Below, in pieces: positions 36,901-48,700 of a DNA stretch of 64,000 nucleotides (positions are counted from its first letter, which is position 1; every line of letters begins with the position of its first letter). The DNA is from Marsupella aquatica (Eukaryota; Plantae; Marchantiophyta), in contig OZ316897.1 in assembly GCA_973895155.1 (NCBI GenBank), positions 62,001 through 126,000 of the forward strand, given 5' to 3'. The notes under the pieces are model-generated. The model searched no databases. It saw nothing but the letters and a program-made list of their open reading frames with translations, and was not told where the DNA came from. The translations under genes and the position numbers were made by a program.

Positions 36901-38898
36901 CTGTCTGGATAGCATCATGAATGCAGCCCTTGGTACTCACCAAATTGAGTATCCATTCAGATTTGAGACCGAGAAGAACATCATGGTTGAGTGTTGTTGT
37001 CGCTTCTTCAACAATGGCACGGATCATATCCCTGAACGCATTCAATGTGATAATATCACCGTCAATTGAGCATGTTGTTTGTGTATCGTCCATGTGTATG
37101 AGATTTGGTCGAGCATGGGTGCCTCGATTAATTGTTTTTGCCAGTCGCATGTACTCCCGAACTTGAGTAATCGGCGTGTCCAATGCCACATCGCTCACGT
37201 ATTTCTCCAGGATGTTTACTTCATTCCCAGGTAGGCCACGTGGGTTTGGATGCCAAAGAGCTTGTGAGAGTTCCATCAGGATTGTACATCTTGCCCAGTA
37301 GTGAAGTATTGCCAATATTTTGGTGATTTTCCCAATTTTGCAAAATGCATACCCTGTGGATTGGGAACCCAGCCCGTCACTCTTTAGAGAGTGGAGGATA
37401 AAGAACCGAGTGAGCAAACAATCCGCCGGTGAACGAGCATACAACAGCTCCGGAATTTTTGGAGTCCAGAGAAGAAGTAGTACTCGATGGATATTTGTGA
37501 GATCAATATCACCTTCTTCTGCAGGCCGCGCCTCACTTGGTTGGCCTAATTGTGCCAATAATTGTTGCAGGGCACCTTTTAGATCCGGCCTATCTGTGTA
37601 TATAACACAATGTTGAGGCCGAGAATCATAAGTACAAGAACGAACGAGGCAAAGAAGAAGGGAAACCATTCCAGCACAGTATTGTGGAACAGTGTTTTTC
37701 TCTTGTAGTCCACCCAATCCCCTTGTGACATCGGCATTTGGAGTCGGCTTCATCACCATTCTTTGCACCCTATAATCTAAATTTCCACTAAGAATATTTC
37801 TTGTGCATGTCATGTACGCACGGACCACAGTGCCCAAGTACGATAGTGAAGACCCAGGGTCGGCGGGCCTTGGGGGTTCCATCTCAGATTGCACTCAACA
37901 AATGGCACACCTTCCGGCATGAACTGGGATGCAATCTCATGCCATCTTGATACCCTTAGCCACGGCGACAATTCCCTCACTGGAGGTGCAAGATCTGTCT
38001 TTAATGACTGTAGATGAGCTTGAAAAACTTTTGCGACTGCACCTCTCGTACTCTGAGCTACTACATCGTCCGCAAGGTACACATTGCCATGGTCCACTCC
38101 ATAGAATTTGCGGCCGACTCCCTTGAAGAGGGCTTGCACTTGACATGGAGTAGCAATGTCCTTGAAACCAAGGTGGTTGTGTTTCATACATCGGTGATTT
38201 GCCATCGTCCGCTGTGATCTACAAAAGAAGATACATCTCGAGCAAGAGAAGCCCCAATGAATGAGGACGCCCGGAACTGGAGACAACAATTCTGCAGTTG
38301 GATTGATTGTGTATGGTAGTAGGGACGCATCATTTGTACGTGTGAACAACACACCCTGCAACAAAACCGACAATTGCTCTGGTGTTGGATTTGTGATTGA
38401 ATTTTGTGTTGCAACTCTCACCCTGTCCATGTTCCTTCGATGACTTCCAACATGACGGATAATGCTACTTCCTTCCGTGTGCTGAAGGGCTGTATGGCAT
38501 TGCAAGCATACTAGAAGAACAAGGTTGTTGTGGTGAACAATGCAAAGCTTTGCATTTCTCAACATGTCTGGTGTTGCTAACAGGTCATGATCTAGGATAG
38601 TGGTGGGGACTTGGTTGACAATTGGATCGTCTACATCCATGAACGGGTCAACTCCTACTGCTTCATTGTGTTTCCTTTTGTAGTGAAGATGTAAACTATC
38701 ACTACGGGGATAGGACGAGGAACATGTGGCCACAGGGCAATGGAATCGACCATCCTCTTCTTTCTCAATGATCTGGGTTGTGCCATTGTTGAGCTGCAAT
38801 TGGTAAGTAGAACGGTGAACTGAGCGGGAATGGGAACTGCGAGAGTTTGCTGACTGAAATTCTTCCCCACACTGACTACATCCAAATACTGTCACCAT
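33941..38898 (-). pseudogene. C2H2 zinc fingers + DUF3505-like region + tyrosine-recombinase-like domain + RecQ helicase + C-terminal Zn knuckles (~1650 codons; one frameshift ~37895, one stop at 34133)
   Basis: CSQC..H..H and CPVATC..H..H fingers; PWLRVSRW; SGLPARGEE, YHK, KYRH, GH......HY; RecQ motifs LPTGSGKS, DEVH, TAS, VAT..SSG, QESGRGGRDG, RQC-type CRR...C...CDLC; CFRC...H...C. Frame continues past the TGA at 34133 to 33941. Confidence 0.85.
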
Positions 38899-40773
38899 CC
38901 TGCATGAAAAACAACAAAATTAGCTGATGCCATATTTTGCTCTGAAATTATATAGAGCTCTTCACATCAGATTTTCCCGTGGAGCTCCACAATGGACTCT
39001 GAAGCCAATCTCAATTGGCCAACTATCCTAGTATTTTTCATTTTCCATTACCTATGTCCCAAGCTTGATCTGCACCATGAATGTGCAATGTAACCCAAAG
39101 CTTCACTGACATAGAAGTTGGTTGAGCATGTTCACACATTCAACGTACTTTGTGAGCACAGACACAAATTAAACGAATTCAATCCGAATCTTCTCCAAAA
39201 CCTGGTCAGTTGGATCATATTTTCACTATCTTGGGAAGTGAACTTGTACCATGCACTCTCTCGATGCCCTTGGGGCTAATAATTACTCCAATGCCTCTAA
39301 AGCCACCAAACTAATTAATAAAGCCCAAGAACTTATGCCATGGTAATTAGTGACACTATACGGTATATATTGTCATTCCATATGATAATAAATCACATAC
39401 TATTATTCATTGTACAGTCTATGTTCTTATATTTTGATGTGCTATTACTAGGACACTGAGAACTTATACATACCACGTACATACCCTAAAAAATTAAACT
39501 TAGAATGATAGAGCCTTGTGTATACATACTGCATCTAATGCCTAGTTGCAATGAAATAAATAATTCTACTTCAGGATATATTATTTATGTGTGTAGGACC
39601 CCCTAAATGTTTTCACTGGTAGTAAAGTAATCATTAAACTGTTAAACCCTTTCAAGGTATTATAAACACTTAATGAACACTCAACTATTATTTGATTCCT
39701 ACCCAGAACAATCTTTATGGTACAACCTCTCGCCAAGTTATTGAGTATCCACCAGGCTACAAGTAGTCAATTCAGATTGGCGGCAGAAGAATAATCATTT
39801 TGCCTTGAGTAACTCTGAAGTGTGATTCGTTTATGCCTGGTTTGGCCTTGATTTGTCATCCGTCACATCTGGTCATCCCGCCCCTATCCTGACACCGTCC
39901 CAACCTCATCCCAACCCTATCCCAACCCCACCCGGTCCCAACCACACCCCGTAGGGCAACATGTAAACTTGCCCGTTAACTCAAACCGGGCATTTATCCC
40001 ACACAAAGATCATCCAACCCCAGGGGCAAGTGAATAATCATTATGCATGGAGTAACTGTGGAGTGTGACTCATTTCTGCCAAGGGAAGATCATCCAAACC
40101 CAAGGGAACACAGTACATTGAAAATGGTCAGAACATTGAACTACACAAACAAAGAGGGAGCTCGACCTGTACTTGCTCTAGGTTGGTCTCCTAGTGGTGT
40201 TGGCTATGCTGACGAGGAAGAAGCCTGAAGCAAGCTGCCTCTCTCCAGCCACAATTCCAGGATCCTGAAAATTAAGCTTAGTTCACACCCTGACTTGGGC
40301 GTATGGCCAGGTTGACATTTTCCCTCCCTATCATTCTTATTGTTAGGAGAACAGGATTGACAGTTTTGAAGTAAATTCTGGTGTATTATCCTTTCCTTTT
40401 AATTAGTAGATATTTAAAAAACAGAAGGGTTTGCAGAATTGATCACAAAGGACATGGTTACATTTCATTATATTGAGTTTATGATGGTTTTATTACATAA
40501 ACCCTAATTTTGCTTTGAACTTTTTATTGAATACTCCACGTTTCTCAGATTGCACAAGGGGACCTGGTTGACATTGGGATGACTTTGTGAGTGCAAAATC
40601 TACTTCCGTTAGTAGTTGGGAAGCTATCCGCCCTCTTTCACAAGATATTGCCTTACAGTTCATTCAAAAGTAAGTTGGCTTCAAGCACTATTGTTGCCAA
40701 TGATATGAAGCTCTATATGCACTTGGAGAAATGAGTTTCAGTTTCAGGTTTCTTGTCATTGTTTTTGGTCATC

Positions 40774-42160
40774 CTCAAGACACTAAATCCTTTTAGTGTT
40801 CTGTGCAGTGTCATTCATGCCAACATTGTACAAATATTGAGGCGAGACCAAGGAAAAAACTGTACACTCCTTGGGACAAATCAATAGTAGATTTATGAAG
40901 GTGAGTACCTTAACATCAAAATTCCCCCTTTCTTCCCACCTACATGTTGAATTATTCATAAATCTAATGATAAAAATTACAACTTACGGCATTTCGGTAC
41001 TCAGATCTAAAATGGTTCGTGTACTATTTGACCGGAATTGTAATTTTTACTGAATTGGAATTAAAAGAAAAAAAATTCAGTGGATTTGTTTGCTACATTG
41101 TGGGAAGATCTAAAAAAATTGACATCATAAAATTGAAGTTTACACTTTATTGGATTCTTTGTTATGAAAACATTCAAGTTGAACTTTTAGTTAGAAAAGT
41201 TCTTAAACTAAAGTCCTCAAGGTTTTGAAGGACAGTGTTTTCGAATGGCTATCAAAGATGTCACCTTTTGGACGTGGTTACAATTATCCCTATTTTCATT
41301 GCTCCCCGTGTGAATGGGGGTACTCTTATCTCCTGAGGCTACCCTTGTGCTTGAGGGTACTCTTATCAGTGAGGATACTCTTATTTCCTGAGGGTACCCT
41401 TGCGTATGAGGGTACTCTTATCAATGAGGGTACTCTTATATCAGCAAGAGTACTCTTATCAATGGGTACGCTTATCAATAATGGTACTTTGATCAACGAG
41501 GGTACCCTTATCAATGAGGATACTCTTATTTCCTGAGGGTACCCTTGCGTATGAGGGTACTCTTATCAATGAGGGTACTCTTATATCAGCAAGAGTACTC
41601 TTATCAATGGGTACGCTTATCAATAATGGTACTTTGATCAACGATGGTACCCTTATCAATGAGGATACTCTTATTTCCTGAGGGTACCCTTGCGTATGAG
41701 GGTACTCTTATCAATGAGGGTACTCTTATATCAGCAAGAGTACTCTTATCAATGGGTACGCTTATCAACAATGGTACTTTGATAATGAGGGTACCCTTAT
41801 TAGTGAGGGTATTCTTATCTCGTAAGGGTACCCTTGTGTTGGGCCTTGTGCACGAGGGTACTCTTATTAATGAGGGTACTTTTATTACTCATAGCAAGCA
41901 ACAAAGCGGGCAGGGAACCCCATGAAGGCGCCCCACGCCGGCAGAAGGACTCCGAACGTACTGAAAAGACCCTAAACCTCACGAGACCAACATTTTGGGT
42001 ATTGCATGGACAAATACTGGCCAAAGTACATGCCTAAATTTACCTGCTCTGTTTTAGTTCCCTAAACCAGGGGTGATTTTTTTTATCAAATCCATACGTT
42101 GTATCCTAGTTTTTTTCACACATGATGTAAACCTACATCATGTGAAAGTGGGAGAGAAGA
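40774..42160 (+). repeat. Long direct repeat copy 2 (shared part 40827-42160), with expanded 133-bp higher-order minisatellite
   Basis: Matches copy 1. Its 5' ~480 bp aligns to ~10908-11500 (TET 5' exon, intron and start of CDS, translating KLKFTLYWILCYENI...LLVRKVLKLKSSRF versus KLKFALHWILCHDNILELFVKKVLSLESSRF). Confidence 0.92.
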
Positions 42161-43039
42161 AAAATAGCAAAAACCAAAGCAAGCCAAAAAAAATCAGCTT
42201 TTTCCAGGAAGAAAAAAAAACTTCACCTCCAGGAGGGAAGGAAAAAAACTCCAACTTCAGGCGCTAGGGAAAAAATTAAACCTGAGGGAGGGCAGGGAAG
42301 GAAAAACAATTTGAGCTTCAAGAAAGGGAAACTTTAAGATTTTAGACAATAGGAAAACTTCAGGTAAGGTAAGAGTCAAATATTTTTTTGTAGTATTTGT
42401 AAATTAAAGTCGGGAGTTTTGAACGTATCTATTCTCTTCAGTGAATTTATTTTGGCTACCTTGTTCCCCAGAAAGGCAAGCATTACAGTGCGTCGGTTGA
42501 AGTGCAAAGAAGATAGGACTGTATTTTCTTTCCTGGGTATTGACCAATAGACACATTATTAAAATATGGGGTACCATTTATTCTAGTAAACAATTCTCTC
42601 ATTACATTCAATATAAATGGACCCTAAACTCCCCCTACCCCATTCTGGTGTAGTCGTTTATTTTTACCGTCAACCCTAGATTTTTGGAACCTAGAAGCGA
42701 CATGTGAGGCACACTTCACATAAATCAAAATTTATTTTTCCCCGGTCCCACATGACCTGCCAATTTTCCCTTGCATTGGACATTGGCATTTAGATAAAAA
42801 AACACTACTCAAATAGATGATTGTACAACATAACAAATGTGTTGTACGACACCTCATTTGTGGCCAAAAACTCATTTGTGGCCGAAGACTGTTTGTTACA
42901 TTCCTACTTTACCTAACCTGCATGATTACATCATGTCATCGCGCACGTTTATAGTCTTTGTGTCCATGTATGTAAAACCCCACATTTTTACAGCCCAGCT
43001 TAGTACATTTCTTAATACATTCATTCATACTTTAATTAA

Positions 43040-43455
43040 TTATTGGATTACCCCGGCATTTGCTTCGTATCTATGCGTAGGATACCCCGGCATTTGCTTT
43101 GTATCTATGCGTAGGATTACCCCAGCTTTTGTATCCATGGGTGTGGCCAATTTCCGAACATTAACCTTACTGGTACTTTATTAATTATAAGATTACCCCG
43201 GCTTGCGTTTCGTATCCTTGTGTAGGATTACCCCAGATTTTGTATCCATGTGTATGGCACAAATCTTGAACATTAATTAATGTACATTTATTGATGGATA
43301 AGATTACCCCAACTTTCGTATCTGTGTGTATGGCACAATATCCTAAGATTAACCTGTCTAGTACATTGCTTCGTGATTGGATTACCCCGAGGTTCGGACG
43401 TATTCCTAACATTAACCTTAGTTGTACATTACTCGATTATTAGATTACCCTGAAT
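43040..43455. repeat. Degenerate GGATTACCCC minisatellite
   Basis: GATTACCCC followed by TTT(C/T)GTATC recurs about 8 times. Confidence 0.75.
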
Positions 43456-45774
43456 TGTACACGTATATGGCCCAATTTCCTAATATGAACCATAATACTG
43501 CATTACATGACCTCAACTTTTGTATCTCTTATTGACAATGGCCGCTTATCATGTAAACAGAGTCAAGAGTGTGTGGTTTTCTCAAAATACCCAGCCTTGT
43601 TCTTTTTCTTTAAACAGTGTTGTGTGGGTTTATCAGAATACTTGGCCTTGTTCCTTTACAGATGAACACCTATTAAGATTAAGAGTGTACCAAGGGTCAG
43701 CACGAGGTGCAATACAATGCCCACAACAAGATAGATTAGGCAACCATACTACCCTGTTGTGCCTGTTTGTTCCCAAACAAACCTTCACCCCTAACCCCTA
43801 CTAGAAGGTTGCCCATTCAACCTCCTTACAGTAGCAGGCTGAACAGAAATCAACATTGATTCTATATCAATCAACATCCGCCACAATGTTAATTCACTTT
43901 TTGAAGAGGGGAAAAAAAGTTCAGTTGAATTCAAAATGGTGAATTCTTGCTCAAGCCAAAAACGTCATCCATTACACAAAAGTTTCTATTCATGTAAGGA
44001 AATAGTTCTTCAATGTTGAACGAAGACTTCTCTGAGCAACATCACATCATGTGCTCAGCGTGAAGAGTCCTGGTGATAAACTTGCTGCTGGTTTCTACTC
44101 CCCAAGGGATCCAACGTTCAGCTCCCGTGCACCTGCAGTGAGAGGTAGGTTTTAATTGAACTCATGTATCCTCATCCGATCACTACAAGCAAGGGCAATG
44201 TCAAGGTAGCAACCATTTCAGCTACATCTTAAATGGCCATATGTTGCATCACCTACAATCATCTATACAAAAGTTCAGCTTAGTTACGCTTCAATTTTGT
44301 GTACGAGGATGTGTAAAATTTGCCAATGAACTATAACAGTAATAAGAGCACCAGACTTTGAGCTGCTCACCATCTACAGGGGATATTTGTGGACCACATT
44401 ATACCCAAAGCGCAAGTTTTTAGTGTTGCACCCACAAAGCTCACCACCTACACCATGAATTGATGACAAATCCAATTAATTTCACCATACACACAAGAGA
44501 AGACAACAGTTCCAGCTTATTGTGGGAATACCACACATCCCGAGTGGTACTGAATATGCAATCAATGAGGTCACACTTTTGCATCCATCCACAGCAATTC
44601 ACCTTGCAATCATGAAATGGTGAGACCGTACCCTGCCTGTCATTGTGCTTTTGGTAAATTTTGCCAAATGCACCTCAGCTTCCTCCTCTTTGACTGTTGT
44701 TTTTGGGTTCAACAGTTGTATCCCCTTCACCAGTTCATACAGGATGTTCACTCCAGTCCACCGTCTCATTGGAGGAGTCCAAAACAACAGCTGACTCTTG
44801 TTCCGGCTCGAGTTGGGGTTCTGGGAAAAGCTCAACTTCAAGGTTGGGTGCTATACCCTTGACCTCATGCCAAGTCACCTCCCATAAACTATACCCACTT
44901 ATACTACTCCGTTGCACAAGGACTCCTTCTTTGTGCATGATAACAACTTGTTCTTATACTACTCCGTTGCACAAGGACTCCTTCTTTGTGCATGATAGCT
45001 GTTCTTCAGCAACTCAGGAATGACATCTTCCAACTTTTCACTGCTTTTTCCCCTCAGTCGGGGCTGAATCTACATATCCAATCGGCCCACCACAGCCAGC
45101 CATATTGCTCAAAAACTAGGCAGCTAGCCCAAAGAGTTTACTGTTCACTTGCAGCACAATCTTGGACAATAACCGGGAAATCAATTGCAAGGACGCATCC
45201 ATACCACGATACTCTATGGCTAGATGTCTGACACCAACATCCAACACATCATGAAGCATCACAAACATAACCTGGTGAAAGAAAAGGCCACATATTGTTA
45301 GAGGAAGCTGGACATTATATGCAGAGGAGGATATACACCGCTGCAATCACAATATGGTCAATTTCCGAACTTCCTTTCTCTCTTCTGCCCACATACTCGT
45401 GTCAGAACTTGTGCTATGCAAAGCCATATCTCACCCACTTGTTATGTGCCCATAGATGCATCCTTTTTTAGGCCCTGTGTGGTGCATACACTATCAGCAT
45501 TCTCGTCACCTGCATCTCATATCCAATGGGAGTAAACCTTAGCCTACTTCAAATACAATTTTACAGAGTGACCCGCTAAAACATGTACGGCACATACGCA
45601 CCTCTTTGCACACCACCAACTGGAGGTTTTGCAAATGCTTGGGCAACATGGTGGCAGAGGATGTCATTAGCTCAGCTCAAGTGGCCTCCAATCACTCGTC
45701 ATAACTGTAAGAGTCTCAAAGCCTGCCTCAAAAGCCTCTAGATGGCGAGCAATGTGCCTTAATTTGTGAATGCT

Positions 45775-48700
45775 CTATCGTCTCGGCCTTCCTACTGCCT
45801 GTTGCCTAGACAACCTGAGTCGCTCCTCTTTCAGTACTTCCTGCAATATTGCGTTATCCTTTTTTCCGCTACTCAAACTTCCGTGTACGCATTCATCAAT
45901 CAGTGTCCTCTTTCTCTGTTGTACATGCCACAATGTCTCCTCAATAGTATTCCTCATTAGGAAATGTGTAACAAACACTTCTTTTGTCTGCCCTAGACGA
46001 TGAGTTCTGTCCACTGCTTGATCTTCTGCTGTTGGATTCCACCATATATCTGTAAAGAGTACATGATTGGCAGCCGTGATATTTAATCCCGTATTGGCAA
46101 CCTTTAATGACAGTAGGGCGACTTGTATCTGAATCAATCCAGTGTAGTGAAATGCTTAGTGAGTGACCGATGTACAATTTCTCAAAAACATGCACCAAAA
46201 CAACCTATATGGGGTGCTTTATGCATACCTGGCGAGATTCGGCAAAGTCTCTCAGATTTTGGTCACGCTTCTCCAAACTCATGCTCCCGTCCACCCTTGT
46301 GAACTGGATGTTTGCACTTTCAAGAGTTCCTTGTAACAAGTCAATTAAGCTGGTCCATTGAGAAAACACAATGGTCTTATCGTCACTTCCAGACTCTCGC
46401 AGCTCGTTCAAGTAAGACATGACACCATCAATTTTGGGTGATGGCCCAGAAGTATGAAAACCGAGAATTTCCAAGTCCTCCTCTGCCAATTCAGTGCCAG
46501 ACGACGTACATATATCACATACTCTGTACACCGTACTCCATGAAATTTGCTGCTTACAGTGTGGTGCTCCGCATATTATGTCCTCTTCCAGCGGATCAAA
46601 ATAACAAGCTGAACTGGAATAGTAATAGTGACCACAGATGGAAATCATGGGGTCATCAAAAAGCTCACCCTGCAAATATTACAAAAATGGACTTCAAAGT
46701 TAGTGTGCAATGTCAAATGTTTCACCAATCGCCACCGGTTGAACAACACTCCCACGGGGTACTGGATTTACAAATAGGATTTACTATGTGCGAAAAATCA
46801 CCTGGCACTTGTTACAAGTCACCCCTTCTGGAGCATCCAACAACTTGTTTACCAATTCGCCTGAACGGACTCCATCGGGTTGGATCTTGGGAGTATTCAC
46901 ACTATCTTCTTTTTCATTGTGAAAGACAAGGTCACAATGCCCACAGTGGCGTCTCATTCTCAGCATCAACGACAGTAATTTAGCTTTCTCTTTCTTATTT
47001 CCCTTCTGTGAAGCCCACAAATCGACCCGGTTGAGTAATTGTACAAAACAATAGGGCAACCACGGTATCTGTGCACAATTGAAGAATGACAAAGTACACC
47101 CACATAGGGTGGGCCAAACTTTGGACATACCGAGTCTTCCGTTGCACTCCTTGCCTCTAATTTCTTATACACTATGGCATCGCCTTCAACTAAAAAGTCA
47201 AGATGAGCTACTCTTACATGCTTCTTAGGTAGATTCAGGATACCTGCAAACAAAATATGTCCAGCTATAAGATTGCATACAAACATACAACACATCGAAA
47301 TCCATATGAAATTCAACCAATTCCAAATAATGGAAAAGTCCAATTCCAACACATGTGAACATTGTAGTTGTAGTTGTCTTACTCTTATCTCTTCTCAATG
47401 TAATGGCCCTCAGCTCCTTGTGTAGTATTGCGTGTCCAGCTTTCCTACTTTTTGCAATATGCTGCCTCAAAATCTTGAACTGGTCTATGTCACAGTAAGG
47501 GGGGTATCCAAGAAATTTGAAATAACTGTATGCCTCCCAAGTAGAATTTGACACAGGAGTTCCACTTACACACCATCTGCTTTTTGCATGTAGGTTGCAA
47601 GCAGCTAATGCTCTGCCACTCCTATGGTTTGAGATTGCCTGACACTCGTCTAGAATCACCCTGTACCATTGTACCTGCTCCAGGCAAGGAGGCAATGGAT
47701 CCTTCATTTTCTTGGGTGTTGGCTCCACAGGAATTTTTTGACTTAATTTCCCTTTCCTTCTCAGTGTAGGTGGGTCTGTAGTGGAATGTTGGGCGAGAGT
47801 GCCATAAGTGGTAATTATAACATCGTATAAGGCCAACTGCTTTGGATCCATACATCTGTCCGACCCGTGAAATATTAACACCTTTACATTTGCCCTTTGC
47901 AGTAGTTTTAGTGGTAATCTCACGTTTCCATTGAGTCATAACACTTCCAGGACAAACGATAAGGGTCTTGCTTCTGGGTGGTCGATTGGTGACTAAGAGT
48001 GTAATCAGTTGAATTGTCTTCCCCATTCCCTACCAACAAATACAGTTAGTTCATTTCATGCAATGGGGAAGAAAATTCCAAGTTCACACCACAAAACACA
48101 TGATGACCCTGAAGTCAATGCGCAGCCCACTCAACATTAGGAAATGATGTGAGCTTTAGGGTTTTACCTGGTCATCTGCCAAAATACCCCCAAAACATTC
48201 GGAATCACCACTCTCCCTTGACAACATCCAGAATAGACCTTTCCGTTGATGTTGATAAACTGTCACATTTTGCATAAGCCCATCTGGTGGGCTTGCTTCT
48301 CTTGTGAAGTCCCTATCATCGATGTATTCCTGCAATGGTCACGGAATAACAATCAGCCTTCTTAACCGGCTCTACTCATCCAAACTGAGTATTTGGACAA
48401 GACGCTGTGACATGGTTAGTTTACTCACTCGTTCCTCTGCTTGCGAAAAAGGTTGGACTCAGACTCGGGGAAAGTCCATCTCTGAATCTGAACAGGAATC
48501 TGCGATTGTACGACGCACGGAGGTAGCGTCAATGTCAACATGATCCAAGCTATCCCCTTCATTATCAAAAGACCACAACAGTCGTCGCCTTTTTGGGGGG
48601 TCCTCCAAATTAATACGAGTCAATTGCGAGACCACAGATGGAGAACAACTTGCAATCTCATCCCTCTGTACGCGATTTTTACATGGCACTGGCACTGTTG

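Noticed and set aside
33941-38898. Host RecQ, AcademH or Helitron assignment
   Set aside because: Intronless, no HRDC seen, no Academ DDE transposase or HUH Rep/PIF1 motifs; the N-terminal half carries YR-like motifs instead.
32587-42160. LTR retrotransposon interpretation of the direct repeats
   Set aside because: No CA end, PBS, PPT or TSD found, and no gag/RT between the repeats.
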